NCBI GenBank assembly: GCA_963738925.1
Contig: CAVTYE010000001.1
Location: 770,159-834,158, forward strand
Length of the DNA stretch: 64,000 nt
Origin: an uncultured Chloroflexia bacterium
Lineage (GTDB): Bacteria > Chloroflexota > Dehalococcoidia > SM23-28-2 > RBG-16-64-32
Reading direction: 5' to 3'
Positions 10,072 through 20,318 of this stretch are shown piece by piece (the first letter of the stretch is position 1; each line of letters opens with the position of its first letter). The notes under the pieces were generated by a model that did not search any database, had not been told where the DNA came from, and saw only the letters and a list, made by a program, of their open reading frames with translations. The position numbers and the translations under genes were made by a program.

Positions 10072-10620
10072 CTACTCTTGCTTGCGTTTCAGCCAATCTA
10101 TTAGCGCCCAGCGCGTCGTTTCGTAGGCCAGATCATCCCACGGGATATCCTCCGGGCGAAACCAGCGCGTCTCCAGCGCCTCGCGCCCGGCCGCCGGGCG
10201 ACCCGCACCGACGGTCCCACGATAAACGATGGAGACGACGCCGGGGCCTGGCTCCGGCCCGGGCCGCGAGTAGACCCCGACCAGCTCGCGAACCCTGACC
10301 TCGATGCCGACTTCTTCGTGCGCTTCGCGGGCGGCGCACTCCTCCGTCGTCTCGTCGATCTCCATGAAGCCGCCTGGATACGTCCAGAAACCGAGCCGCG
10401 GCTCGATCGCCCGGCGCAGCAACAGCACCCGCCCGCGCCGCTCCGGGATCACGCCGACGACCAGCTTGGGGTTCACGTAGAGGATGTGGCCGCGGTCGCA
10501 CATCAGGCGCGGCCGGTCCTCCGTCTCGATCAGGCGGATGACGAGCGGCGCCCCGCAGCGCGGGCAGTAGGCGAGGTCTTCGCCTCCGACGTGTACCAAA
10601 GTCTCATCGAGCATCGACAC
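10072..10620 (-). CDS. NUDIX hydrolase with N-terminal zinc ribbon
   Basis: CPRCG...C zinc ribbon followed by a Nudix box GGFMEIDETTEECAAREAHEEVG. Confidence 0.8.
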   Translation of the reverse strand: MSMLDETLVHVGGEDLAYCPRCGAPLVIRLIETEDRPRLMCDRGHILYVNPKLVVGVIPERRGRVLLLRRAIEPRLGFWTYPGGFMEIDETTEECAAREAHEEVGIEVRVRELVGVYSRPGPEPGPGVVSIVYRGTVGAGRPAAGREALETRWFRPEDIPWDDLAYETTRWALIDWLKRKQE

Positions 10621-10667
10621 GAACTTGATTGTAGCGGCTATGATTGTCGCCGAAAGGAGCTGCCCAA

Positions 10668-11126
10668 ATGTCAGAACTGAAAGTTGGCGATCCCGCCCCC
10701 GAATTCACGCTCCCCGACGAGACCGGCAAGCCCGTCTCCCTCTCCGACTTCAAAGGCAAGCGCGTGGTGCTGTTCTTCTACCCCCGGGACAACACTCCTG
10801 GCTGCACGGAGCAGGCCTGCGGCTTTCGCGACGAGTTCGGCGTGATCCAGGACAAGAACGCAGTCGTGCTCGGAGTGAGCGGCCAGGGCGCCAAGAGCCA
10901 CCAGGGGTTCAAGGCGAAGAACTCGCTGCCCTTTCCGCTCCTCTCCGATGAGGACCACGCCGTGTCGATCAAGTATGGCGTCTGGGGAGAGAAGCGGTTC
11001 ATGGGCTTTCTCATCACCAACCGCAGCCACTTCGTGATCGGGCCGGACGGCAAGCTGGAAGACATCCAGATCGGCGTCAGCCCCAAAGACAGCGTGCTGC
11101 GGGCGATGGAGAAGGTTACGGGGTAG
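10668..11126 (+). CDS. bcp: thioredoxin-dependent thiol peroxidase (peroxiredoxin Bcp)
   Basis: [11 protein letters not shown] peroxidatic Cys motif. ATG at 10668 preceded by AAAGGAG at spacing 8. Confidence 0.85.
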   Translation: MSELKVGDPAPEFTLPDETGKPVSLSDFKGKRVVLFFYPRDNTPGCTEQACGFRDEFGVIQDKNAVVLGVSGQGAKSHQGFKAKNSLPFPLLSDEDHAVSIKYGVWGEKRFMGFLITNRSHFVIGPDGKLEDIQIGVSPKDSVLRAMEKVTG

Positions 11127-11170
11127 TCAAATTCGGGTAGAATGGCGCCACCAACGCCAAGGGAGGCCCC

Positions 11171-11656
11171 ATGACCGACACGATCTCCGCCCCGAGCAAG
11201 GACGCCATCAAGCAAGAGATGGAGGCGACAAGAGCCGCCTTCCACGAGCTGGTGGCATCGCTTTCCGCCGATGACTTCAAGAAGAAGGGCGGTACCTGGT
11301 CCAACGGCCAGCTGCTCTGGCACGTGGCCTGGGGCGCCGAGTTCGTCCCGGACGGCGTCAGGCGCTGCCGCACCGGCAAGAACCTGCCGCTGCCCCGCGG
11401 TCTCTTCGACGTGCTCAACCCCTGGGTGACCCGCTGGGGCTCCCGGGGCGCCACGCCGGAATCGGTGACCAAGAAACTCGACGCGGCGTTGGACAAGGCG
11501 CTCGAAGTTCTGGCGACGGTGAAAGACGACGAATGGACGAAGGGCGCGAAGATCGCGGGCACCGACGAGACGGTCGAGCACGTCCTGCACCAGCCTACGG
11601 TCCACTTCGCCGAGCACAAGGCGGACATCCTGAAGGCGCTGGGGCGATCCGGGTAG
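11171..11656 (+). CDS. DinB-family protein (MDMPI-like)
   Basis: 161 aa. HxxWGAEF-type metal-binding pattern of the DinB_2 / mycothiol-dependent maleylpyruvate-isomerase-like superfamily. Confidence 0.5.
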   Translation: MTDTISAPSKDAIKQEMEATRAAFHELVASLSADDFKKKGGTWSNGQLLWHVAWGAEFVPDGVRRCRTGKNLPLPRGLFDVLNPWVTRWGSRGATPESVTKKLDAALDKALEVLATVKDDEWTKGAKIAGTDETVEHVLHQPTVHFAEHKADILKALGRSG

Positions 11657-11765
11657 TCCGAATACGCGAACGACCGTAGGGGCGCAGCGCCCCCGATTCT
11701 GATATCGCCGCTGTCCAGGTGGTGTTCCGCCAAAGTATGGGTTCGCCGGCAGGGCCGCTACGCCT

Positions 11766-12443
11766 CTACGCTGGGTTCGGGTGTTCTCCTTCGATCCACT
11801 CTTCGCCGCCTTCGAAGACTTCCTTCTTCCAGACCGGTACGCGCTCCTTCAGGCTGTCGACGTAGGCGTGGCAGGCTTCGAACGCTTCGGCCCGGTGCGC
11901 TGACGATACGGCCACGAGCAGCGACGTCTCGCCGATCTCCAGCCGTCCCGTCCGGTGCTGGACGGCGATCCCGGCCAGCGGCCACTTTGAGCGCACCTCC
12001 TCGGCGATCTCTCGCATCACCTTGACCGCCATCTGCGGGTAGGCATCGTACTCCAGGTGCAGGACGCGCCGGCCGAGGTTGTTGTCCCGCACGATCCCGT
12101 AGAACAGGGCGACGGCGCCGGCATCGTCGCGGCGCACAGCCTCGACGACTCGTGCCGGGTCGAGCGGATCCGCTGTCACCTCGAACAGATCATTGCCGCC
12201 GCTCACCGGCGGTATCAGCGCCAGCTCGTCGCCGGGGGAGAGCGCAGTCTCGGCCGGGACGTACTCCTGGTTCCGCGCGAACATCACGCTGTCTGCCAGC
12301 CCCGCGATCTCCGGATGCCGCCGCGAAAGCAGCGTGAGCGCGTCGCCCGCAGTCAGCCCCTCGCCCACCTCCAGCGTTGTCTCACGGACACCTGCCAGCT
12401 CGGCCAGGCGGGCGAAGAGGCGCACGGTGATCGTGTTCGGCAT
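11766..12443 (-). CDS. moaDE: molybdopterin synthase MoaD-MoaE fusion protein
   Basis: N-terminal ~85 aa MoaD-like ending in PPVSGG, then a MoaE domain in the same ORF. Confidence 0.8.
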   Translation of the reverse strand: MPNTITVRLFARLAELAGVRETTLEVGEGLTAGDALTLLSRRHPEIAGLADSVMFARNQEYVPAETALSPGDELALIPPVSGGNDLFEVTADPLDPARVVEAVRRDDAGAVALFYGIVRDNNLGRRVLHLEYDAYPQMAVKVMREIAEEVRSKWPLAGIAVQHRTGRLEIGETSLLVAVSSAHRAEAFEACHAYVDSLKERVPVWKKEVFEGGEEWIEGEHPNPA

Positions 12444-12596
12444 GGCGGGTACAGTTTAGCGCGGCGGTTGCTGTCAACGAATGGCCTTCGGCGGACCGAA
12501 TTAGCGAATGCCAGAGGGCCGTGTCAGATTGATTCGGTAATTCGTTCCCAATTCGGTGACAGTGCGCTACGATGGCACACCCAGAGGAGGCAGCCG

Positions 12597-13934
12597 ATGC
12601 AGCTACCAACGTCAGGCAAGTCACGTGAAGATCTGCGCGCCGAGATGGCCGAGGCCCACACCCGCGACGCCGACTGGCGCGGCGGCAAGATCTGGAGCCT
12701 GGTCTACTACGCCGGCGATGACGCGGCCGAGGTGCTGCGGGAGGCCTACAGCGCCTCGATCTTCTCCAACGGGCTGGGGCCGGGCGCCTTCAAGAGCCTG
12801 CGCAAGTTCGAGTCGGAGGTGATCGCCATGACGGCCGGCCTGCTCAGCGAGCCGGACGCCGCGGGGAACATGACCTCCGGCGGCACCGAGAGCATCATGA
12901 TGGCCGTGAAGACGGCGCGGGACTGGGCGCGGGCGGAGAAGGGAATTGCGGCGCCGGAGATGGTGATGCCTTCAACAGCGCACCCAGCCTTCGACAAGGC
13001 GGCGCAGTACCTGGGCGTGAAGACGACGTCCACCGGCCTCAACGCAGACTTGCGCGCCGATGTGGATAAGATGCGCGCCGCGATCACGCCGAACACGGTG
13101 CTGGTCGTCGGCTCGGCGCCGGCGTATCCGTTCGGCACGATCGATCCGATCCCGGAGATCGCAGCGCTGGCGTTGGAGCACGGCATCCCCTGTCACGTCG
13201 ACGCCTGTCTCGGCGCTTTCGTGCTGCCGTTCCTGGAGCGGCTGGGCTACGAGGTGCCGCCGTGGGACTTCCGGGTGCCCGGCGTCGCCTCGATCTCGGC
13301 GGACCAGCACAAGTACGGCTTCGCGGCGCGCGGTGCATCATCGATCATCTACCGCGACCCGGCCTATCGGCGGCACCAGTTCTTCACGAAGACCGACTGG
13401 CCGGGCGGACTTTACGGCTCCCCGACGATGGCCGGCAGCCGCCCCGGCGGCGCGGTCGCCGCGGCCTGGGCGATCATGAACTACCTGGGCGAAGACGGCT
13501 ACAAGCGCCTCGTCTCCATTTCGATCAAGACGGCGCACGCGCTGATCGACGGGATCAACGCCATCGAAGGCGTGCGCGTGCTGGGCCGGCCGGCGATGAC
13601 GGTCTTCGCGGCCGGCTCCGACACGCTGGACATCCACACCGTCGGCGACGCGCTAGACGGCCTCGGCTGGCACCCGGACCGGCAGCCCGGACTCGGTGGG
13701 CTGCCGGCCTCTCTGCACTTCATGGTGACACCGGTCCACGAGACGATCGTCGAGACGTTCCTCGCCGATCTGCGGGAAGCCGTGCGCAAGGTCGTTGCCG
13801 GCGAGCAGACGCCGGGGCGCGGCGCGGCGATCTACGGGGCGCTGGACAAGATGCCAGACCATGGCCCTGTCCGCGAGGCCGTAATCGGCACGCTGGAGAA
13901 GATCACCACCCTGGAGGGAAAGCGGCGAAGGTGA
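12597..13934 (+). CDS. PLP-dependent group II decarboxylase, sphingosine-1-phosphate lyase-like
   Basis: SADQHKYGF PLP-lysine motif closely resembles the SPL signature SADTHKYG. ATG at 12597 lies 7 nt after GAGGAGG. Confidence 0.7.
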   Translation: MQLPTSGKSREDLRAEMAEAHTRDADWRGGKIWSLVYYAGDDAAEVLREAYSASIFSNGLGPGAFKSLRKFESEVIAMTAGLLSEPDAAGNMTSGGTESIMMAVKTARDWARAEKGIAAPEMVMPSTAHPAFDKAAQYLGVKTTSTGLNADLRADVDKMRAAITPNTVLVVGSAPAYPFGTIDPIPEIAALALEHGIPCHVDACLGAFVLPFLERLGYEVPPWDFRVPGVASISADQHKYGFAARGASSIIYRDPAYRRHQFFTKTDWPGGLYGSPTMAGSRPGGAVAAAWAIMNYLGEDGYKRLVSISIKTAHALIDGINAIEGVRVLGRPAMTVFAAGSDTLDIHTVGDALDGLGWHPDRQPGLGGLPASLHFMVTPVHETIVETFLADLREAVRKVVAGEQTPGRGAAIYGALDKMPDHGPVREAVIGTLEKITTLEGKRRR

Positions 13935-14626
13935 GCGTGACCCTCGGCAGCGTCTGGTCTAAGACGCTGGACGTCCTCTTCCCGCCGCGCTGCGTCGGCT
14001 GCGGCGATTTCGGCGCGTTCCTCTGCCAGAAGTGCCTGGCCGGGGCGCCGTACGCCATCGGCCCGCGCTGCGCGCGCTGCTGGAAAGCCTGGTACGGCGA
14101 CTCCTGTTCGCACTGTGCCAGGCATCGCTCGGCCGTCCTTGCCCAGCGCGCGGCGTTCGCCTACGACGGCGTGGCCAGGGAGGCCGTCATCGCGCTCAAG
14201 TTCCAGGGCGTGTCGGCGCTGGCCCAGCCGATGGCCCGTCAGATGGCCAGGACGCTGGCCGATTGGGCGCCGCCGGTGGACGTCGTCGTGCCGGTGCCGC
14301 TGGGCTGGCTGAGGAGCCGGACTCGCGGCTACAACCAGGCAGCCCTGCTGGCAAGCGAGGTTTGCCGGTCGTCGGGGTTCCGGCTGGAGACGCGTGCCCT
14401 CCGGCGCGTGCGCCAGACCCCGCCGCAGTCACAGCAACCGGACGAAGATGCACGCCTGGCCAACGTACGTACGGCGTTTGCGCTCGGCCCGCGGCCGGTG
14501 GCCGGCTCCGTACTCCTGATCGACGACGTGGCGACCACAGGCGCAACGCTGGACGCCTGCGCCCGCGTCTTGCTGGACGGCGGCGCCGAAAGCGTCTACG
14601 CACTGACGTTCGCGCGGGAGGACTGA
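13931..14626 (+). CDS. comF: ComF family protein (phosphoribosyltransferase domain)
   Basis: N-terminal Cys4 zinc finger (CVGCG...CQKC), C-terminal PRTase motif LLIDDVATTGAT. The GTG start overlaps the upstream stop (GTGA). Confidence 0.75.
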   Translation: MSVTLGSVWSKTLDVLFPPRCVGCGDFGAFLCQKCLAGAPYAIGPRCARCWKAWYGDSCSHCARHRSAVLAQRAAFAYDGVAREAVIALKFQGVSALAQPMARQMARTLADWAPPVDVVVPVPLGWLRSRTRGYNQAALLASEVCRSSGFRLETRALRRVRQTPPQSQQPDEDARLANVRTAFALGPRPVAGSVLLIDDVATTGATLDACARVLLDGGAESVYALTFARED

Positions 14627-14705
14627 AGAATCTCCACAGTCATGGAATGTGCATAACAGCAGTTAGAAATGGATGCCGGGGCGGTCAGTAGCCTACTCTT
14701 GAACC

Positions 14706-15278
14706 ATGGACATAACCTTTCGCGGACAGCACCTAAACATCGGCGACGACTTCCGCACGCAGGCGGCGGCGCACCTTCAGAAGCTGGAGCGGCACCTGCC
14801 GATGGCGGACCACGCCGTTGTCGACGTGCGCCGCGACGGCAAAAGCGAGGGCCGCTTCGTCGTGCAGGTCACGGTCAGCGCCCACGGCAAGTTCCTGCGG
14901 GCCGAGGAGCGCAACGCCAGCCTGCTGACAGCGATTGAGGCGGCGACCGCCACCCTGGACCGCCAGGCCAAGCGCTTCAAGGAGCGCAAGGTGCTGCGGA
15001 GCGAGCGGCGTGTCGCCAAGGAGCACCGGGTCCCTGCCGAGGCTACGGAGGGCGAACCAGACGAATCCTGGCCGCCTGATGCCGAGCTGATCGACGGCCG
15101 CGTCGTGCGGGTGAAGCGCTTCGACATGAAACCGATGACGGAAGCTGAGGCGATAGACCAGATGGAGATGCTGGGCCACGTCTTCTTCCTCTTCCGCGAC
15201 GCCGACCGCGACGAGCTGGCGCTGATCTATCGCCGCGGCGACGGCGACTACGGCATGATCCTCCAGGAAACGCCATGA
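14706..15278 (+). CDS. hpf: ribosome hibernation promoting factor (long form)
   Basis: N-terminal RaiA/HPF domain plus the C-terminal dimerization domain. comF-hpf adjacency is as in Firmicutes. Confidence 0.9.
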   Translation: MDITFRGQHLNIGDDFRTQAAAHLQKLERHLPMADHAVVDVRRDGKSEGRFVVQVTVSAHGKFLRAEERNASLLTAIEAATATLDRQAKRFKERKVLRSERRVAKEHRVPAEATEGEPDESWPPDAELIDGRVVRVKRFDMKPMTEAEAIDQMEMLGHVFFLFRDADRDELALIYRRGDGDYGMILQETP

Positions 15279-16228
15279 TCATCACCGTCACCCTCAACCC
15301 GGCGATCGACCAGACACTGGTCGTTCCCAGGTTCGTAGCCGGTGACACAATTCGGGTGCAGTCCAGCCGCTTCGATCCGGGCGGCAAGGGGATCAACGTC
15401 TCGCGCGTGATCCGGGAGCTGGGCGGCCAGAGCGTCGCCATGGGCTTCGCGCCGGGCGGGCTCGGCCGTTACATCGAACAGACCCTGGAGGGCCAGGGCA
15501 TTGACACTGACTTCGTGCACACCACCGGCGAGACGCGCACGAACATCACGATCCTGGATGAGACCCGCCATATGCACACGATCCTCAGCGACCCCGGCCC
15601 GAAGATCGACCGCGAGTCCGTGAACACGTTGCGCCGGCGGTTGAAGCGGCGGATGAAAGCGGGCGACTGGCTGGTCCTGGCCGGGAGCATCCCGCCGCCG
15701 CTGACCGGCGAGATCTACGCCGAGCTGATCCACCAGGCCGCCGAGATGGGCGTGCACACGGTGCTTGACGCCGACGGAGTTGCGCTGCAGATCGGGGCCG
15801 AGGCGCTTCCGGACATCTTGAAGGGCAACCGGCGCGAGCTGGAGCGCCTCTTGGGCCGCCACCTGGACGACGAGCCTTCGACCCTGGCCGCCGCCAAAGA
15901 GGTGCGCAAGACGGGCGTGCACACCGTCGTCGTCACGCGCGGCCGTGAAGGCGCGGTGGCGCTGAGCGACGAAGGCGGCCTGCGCGGTGTCGCGCCCCGC
16001 GTCCGCGCGGTCAGCGCCGTCGGCTCCGGCGATGCCTTGCTGGCCGGCGTGGTCCTGACCTTGAGCCGCGGCCGGTCTATGGAAGAGGCGATGCGCCTGG
16101 GGATCGCCGCCGGCACGGCGACGGTCCTGGCGCTGGGCACGGAGCTCTGCCGCCGCCGCGAAGTCGATATCCTGCTGCCGCGCGTGAAGGTACAGGAGAT
16201 CGCCGGGCGGGTTGGCTCGCGCGCCTGA
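15275..16228 (+). CDS. PfkB-family sugar kinase (1-phosphofructokinase / tagatose-6-P kinase type)
   Basis: N-terminal TVTLNPAIDQT and C-terminal GAGDALLAG motifs of the FruK/LacC subfamily. Confidence 0.8.
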   Translation: MIITVTLNPAIDQTLVVPRFVAGDTIRVQSSRFDPGGKGINVSRVIRELGGQSVAMGFAPGGLGRYIEQTLEGQGIDTDFVHTTGETRTNITILDETRHMHTILSDPGPKIDRESVNTLRRRLKRRMKAGDWLVLAGSIPPPLTGEIYAELIHQAAEMGVHTVLDADGVALQIGAEALPDILKGNRRELERLLGRHLDDEPSTLAAAKEVRKTGVHTVVVTRGREGAVALSDEGGLRGVAPRVRAVSAVGSGDALLAGVVLTLSRGRSMEEAMRLGIAAGTATVLALGTELCRRREVDILLPRVKVQEIAGRVGSRA

Positions 16229-16229
16229 C

Positions 16230-17339
16230 ATGCCGCCGGCCCTCGTCGTCTTTCTCGGCGGCTTCGGCACGTCCGAGATCGAGCGCCTTGTTGACGGAGC
16301 CCGCACCGCCGCCTCCTTCGACGCGATCCAGTCGTTCCGGGCGGCCGGGCCCGATCTGCGCGCGCTCCTCGTCACGGACGATCCTTCGCTCGACTGTGAC
16401 ATCGCCGGCGTGGCAATCGACTGCGACGGCGGCGACTTCCACTTCGGCCGCCGCCTGGCGCAGGTCGTCCGCGAGCACGCGATCGAGGCGGCGGTCTACA
16501 TCGGCGGCGGCAGCGTCCCGCTCTTCGGCGCGGCGGAGTTCGCGGACGTTGTCTCGCGGCTCGCGACCGGTGGCGCGGTCACAAACAACCTCTACTCCTC
16601 TGACCTCGTGGCGTTCCCGGTGACCGAGCGCGTGCTCGCCGTTGTTGAGCAGGTCGAGCGCGACAACTCGCTGGCGAGGGCGCTCAAGGAGAAGGCCGGT
16701 CTGGCGATGCAGGCGCTGGACCGCACCGTGGCCACGCAGTTCGACATCGACACGCCGACTGACCTCTGCGTGCTCGCGCTGACCGGCGAGGGCGGCCCGC
16801 GGCTGCAGGCGCACCTGGCCTCGCTGGAGCTGGACCTGGGCCGCTATCGCGCCGTCCTGCCGCTGTTCTTGGACCAGGCCAAGCAGATCGTCGTCGCCGG
16901 GCGGGTCGGCACGCACGCCTGGGCTTACCTGGAGCGAGAGACCGCCTGCCGCGTGCGCCTCTTCGCCGAGGAGCGCGGCATGGAGGCAGACGGGCGCGCC
17001 GCCGGCGGACGTGCTCGCTCACTACTGGGCTATCACTTGGAAGCCGTCGGCCTGGAGCGTCTCTTCGCGACACTGGCCGAGCTCGGCGACGCCGCATTCA
17101 TCGACACGCGCGTCCTTCTCGCCCACCGCCTCATCGGGGCCGGCCGCGCCGACCGCTTTCTCTCCGACCTCGGGCGCTGGCAGGAGATCGGCGAGCCCTT
17201 CCTGCGCGACTTCACCGCCGCTGCCGTCGCCGCGCCGCTGCCGGTGCTGCTCGGTGGCCACTCTCTCATGTCCGGCGGCCTGATGGCGTTGAACGAGTAC
17301 GCCTGGCGTACGCTCAAAGCGGACTCTGAGGGCGGATAG
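16230..17339 (+). CDS. hypothetical protein
   Basis: ~370-aa ORF with good codon usage and no motif I can assign confidently. Confidence 0.4.
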   Translation: MPPALVVFLGGFGTSEIERLVDGARTAASFDAIQSFRAAGPDLRALLVTDDPSLDCDIAGVAIDCDGGDFHFGRRLAQVVREHAIEAAVYIGGGSVPLFGAAEFADVVSRLATGGAVTNNLYSSDLVAFPVTERVLAVVEQVERDNSLARALKEKAGLAMQALDRTVATQFDIDTPTDLCVLALTGEGGPRLQAHLASLELDLGRYRAVLPLFLDQAKQIVVAGRVGTHAWAYLERETACRVRLFAEERGMEADGRAAGGRARSLLGYHLEAVGLERLFATLAELGDAAFIDTRVLLAHRLIGAGRADRFLSDLGRWQEIGEPFLRDFTAAAVAAPLPVLLGGHSLMSGGLMALNEYAWRTLKADSEGG

Positions 17340-17419
17340 ACGGATCGCCCGAACCGTCGAAGGCAATCTGTCTCCTCGCCCCTTCCCTCTTCCACCTTCG
17401 GCCACGTACGCTGTCCCTC

Positions 17420-18862
17420 GTGACTGACGCTTTCGCTCAGATCGACGCGATCCTCAAGCCGCGCTCCGTGGCCGTGGTCGGCGCCTCCGCCAACCCGGAC
17501 ACGCCGGGGTACGACTACGTGCGCTCCATGCAGGAGTTCGGGTTCAAGGGCGCGATCTACCCCGTGAACCCCAAGGGCGGCGAGATCGCTGGGCTGCCGG
17601 CCTACGCCTCGCTCAAGGAGATCCCCGGCGACGTCGACTACGTGATCTCCTGCATCCCTTCGGACACTATTCTCCAGCTGGTCAAGGACGCCGCGGCGCG
17701 CCACGCCAGGGCGATCCAGCTGTTCACCGGCCGTTTTTCGGAGACCGGCCGGCCGGAGGGCGCGGAGCTGGAGCGGCAGCTCCTGGAAGAGACGCGCCGG
17801 GCCGGGGTCCGGCTGATCGGGCCCAACTGTATGGGTGTCCTCTACCCCGCCCACGGCCTCTCCTTCCGCCGCGACATGTCCCACCGCCCGGGCGCCGCCG
17901 GGTTTCTTTCGCAGAGCGGCAACCTGCTGTTCGAGATCACGCACTTCGGGGAGCCGCGCGGGCTGCACTTTTCGAAGGCGATCAGCTACGGCAACGGCCT
18001 GGACCTGGACGAGAGCGACTTCCTCGACTACTTCGCCGAAGACCCGGAGACGAAGGTCGTCGGCGCCTACGTGGAGGGCGTGCGAGACGGCCGGCGCTTC
18101 CTCGCCGCGCTCAAGCGCGCCTCGGCGAGTAAGCCGGTCGTCGTGCTTAAGGGCGGCCGGACCGGCGCCGGCGGCCGGGCCGCGGCCTCGCACACGGCGG
18201 CTCTGGCGGGCACAAACCGGGTCTGGGAGGCGGCGCTGGCGCAGTCAGGAGCGCTGGCTGTCGGCACGGTGGAAGACCTGATCGACATGTTGATCGCTTT
18301 CTCGTATATGAAACCGGGCGGGCAAACGGACGGAAAGGCGCGGCTGGGGATGGTGGGTGCGGGTGGCGGGCGCTCCGTGCTAACCGCCGACCTCTGCGAA
18401 GAGCTGGGGCTCGCCGTGCCGCCGCTGCCATCGGACGTCGACGCGAAGGTGGCCGAGCGCGCGCCGGACCTCGCCGGCTGGGTGACGAACCCGGTCGACC
18501 AGTCGATCCTGGCAGGCAGCGGCCTCGGCGGCGGTCAGATCCTGGAGTGGCTGGACGAGAGCCCGGAGATCGACCTGCTGCTGGGCAACATGAACGAGGC
18601 CTGGGCCTTCGGCCGCCCCAACGCCGCCGATGTCCTGACCCGCGTCGCCGAGCGCTTCATCAAGGTCGCGGGCAAGACGAAGAAGCCGTTCGCCGTGGCC
18701 CTCGGCTCCTCCGACTACTCCGACGAGGCGCGATGGCGGCTCGTCTCGGAGGCGCGGGACCGGCTGGTGGGCGCGGGTGTTGCCGTTTTTCCCAGCGTGG
18801 AGCGGGCCGTGAGGGCGCTGGCCGCCTTCTCTGGCTACTGGTCGCGCCGGGCCGCGGGCTGA
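17420..18862 (+). CDS. CoA-binding domain protein (NDP-forming acyl-CoA synthetase alpha-like)
   Basis: N-terminal CoA-binding Rossmann (VAVVGASANP), central succinyl-CoA-ligase-like flavodoxin domain, no ATP-grasp domain. Confidence 0.6.
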   Translation: MTDAFAQIDAILKPRSVAVVGASANPDTPGYDYVRSMQEFGFKGAIYPVNPKGGEIAGLPAYASLKEIPGDVDYVISCIPSDTILQLVKDAAARHARAIQLFTGRFSETGRPEGAELERQLLEETRRAGVRLIGPNCMGVLYPAHGLSFRRDMSHRPGAAGFLSQSGNLLFEITHFGEPRGLHFSKAISYGNGLDLDESDFLDYFAEDPETKVVGAYVEGVRDGRRFLAALKRASASKPVVVLKGGRTGAGGRAAASHTAALAGTNRVWEAALAQSGALAVGTVEDLIDMLIAFSYMKPGGQTDGKARLGMVGAGGGRSVLTADLCEELGLAVPPLPSDVDAKVAERAPDLAGWVTNPVDQSILAGSGLGGGQILEWLDESPEIDLLLGNMNEAWAFGRPNAADVLTRVAERFIKVAGKTKKPFAVALGSSDYSDEARWRLVSEARDRLVGAGVAVFPSVERAVRALAAFSGYWSRRAAG

Positions 18863-19341
18863 GCGCTCGCCAGCGCACGCATCGCGGCTTCGTCCATGGA
18901 GTAGCGCATCCACTCCGTGTTGTGGACCCCGCCGACCCGGCTGTAGAAGCGCTGGGCCACGACGTTCCAGTCCAGGCACTCCCATTCGATGGCGTGGCAA
19001 TCGCGGCGGAACGCCTCTTCGACGAGCGCGCGGACCAGCGCGAAGCCGGCGCCGGTGGAGCGGTGGCCGGGGAGCACGAACAGGTCCTCCATGTACAGCT
19101 TCTTGCGGACGAGGAACGTGGAGTAGATCTCGAAGTAGGCCGTGTAGCCGATGGGGACGCCGTCCAGCTCGGCGATCAGGGCCCCGAAGCGCGGCGGGTC
19201 CATCGCCAGGTCCTCCAGCAGCCGCTGCTTGCCGGCGGTGTCCGGCGGCGTCAGCTTTTCGAAATCGGCCAGGCCGTCGATCAGCGTAAGCAGGGTCTCG
19301 CCGTCCGCGACCGACGCGGGGCGAACGGTGACTTGGGACAC
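18835..19341 (-). CDS. GNAT family N-acetyltransferase
   Basis: 168 aa with GNAT motif A (HRSTGAGFALV). Converges on and overlaps the 3' end of the CoA-binding protein gene. Confidence 0.8.
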   Translation of the reverse strand: MSQVTVRPASVADGETLLTLIDGLADFEKLTPPDTAGKQRLLEDLAMDPPRFGALIAELDGVPIGYTAYFEIYSTFLVRKKLYMEDLFVLPGHRSTGAGFALVRALVEEAFRRDCHAIEWECLDWNVVAQRFYSRVGGVHNTEWMRYSMDEAAMRALASAQPAARRDQ

Positions 19342-19347
19342 GGGCGC

Positions 19348-20266
19348 CTAGACCGCGACGCCGTGCTTGCCGGCGGGAAGCGTGAGGTCGATCTGCTGTG
19401 AGCCGACCTCAGCCATGATCGCCCGGGCGGCGGCATCGTCCGGTTCGCAGAGCGGAAGGCGGAAGCCGCCGACGCGGAAGCCCAGCTGGTTGAGCGCGAA
19501 CTTGACGCCGCCGGGGTTGCCCCAGGCCGTCATCAGGACGGTGAAGAGCGGCAGCAGGCGGCGGTGGAGCTCGGCGGCCTCTTCGTGTGAGCCTTCGAGG
19601 TGTGCGGCGATGCAACGTCGCATCTGCGCGCCGACGAGGTGGGAGGCGACGCCGATGGCGCCGTAGCCGCCGACGGACATGATCGGCAGCGTCATCCCGT
19701 CGTCGCCGCTCCAGACCCGGTACGTCGCCGGTGCGGCCTCGATGATCTGCGCGATCTGCAGCAGGTCACCGGACGCCTCCTTGACTCCGGCCATGTTCGG
19801 GATCTCGGCGAGGCGAAGCTGCGTGGCGACCGTGACGTTGACGGCGGTGCGGCCCGGGATGTTGTAGACGATGCAGGGCAGCGAGGTGGCCCCGGCGATG
19901 GCCGCGAAGTGGCGGTACAGGCCTTCCTGCGGCGGCTTGCTGTAGTACGGCGTGGTCAGCAGCACAGCGTCGGCGCCGGCTTGCTCGGCCGGCGGTCGTC
20001 AGCTCGATGCTTTCGGCGGTGTCGTAAGTGCCGGTGCCGGCGACGACTGCCCCGCGATTGCCGACGGCGGCCTTGACCTCGCTGAAGAGGCGGACTTTCT
20101 CGTCGTGGCCCAGCGTCGGCGACTCGCCGGTTGTGCCTGCCACCACCAGCCCGTCGCTGCCGCTGTCCAGGAGAGCCAGGGCGAGACGCTTGGCCTGCTC
20201 ATAGTCGACCTTCCCTTCGCTGTCGAAGGGCGTGACCATGGCGGTGAGCAGGCGTCCGATCTCCAT
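19348..20266 (-). pseudogene. dapA: 4-hydroxy-tetrahydrodipicolinate synthase, interrupted by a single +1 frameshift near 19990 in this sequence
   Basis: N-terminal half (MEIGRLLTAMVTPFD...ESIELT) and C-terminal half (LLTTPYYSKP...) lie in different frames. One extra g in gccggccgagc restores TAAEQAGADAVLL. ATG at 20266 follows GGAGG. Confidence 0.8.
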
Positions 20267-20318
20267 TGGGGAACCTCCGTTTGGCTGTTCGGATTGCGGC
20301 AATGATACCATAGCGCTC

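Noticed and set aside
11657-11765. Hairpin GGGGCGC-AGC-GCGCCCC between convergent genes, as a possible bidirectional terminator
   Set aside because: The stem is short (7 bp) with a 3-nt loop and no convincing T-run on either strand. It is too weak to list as a feature.
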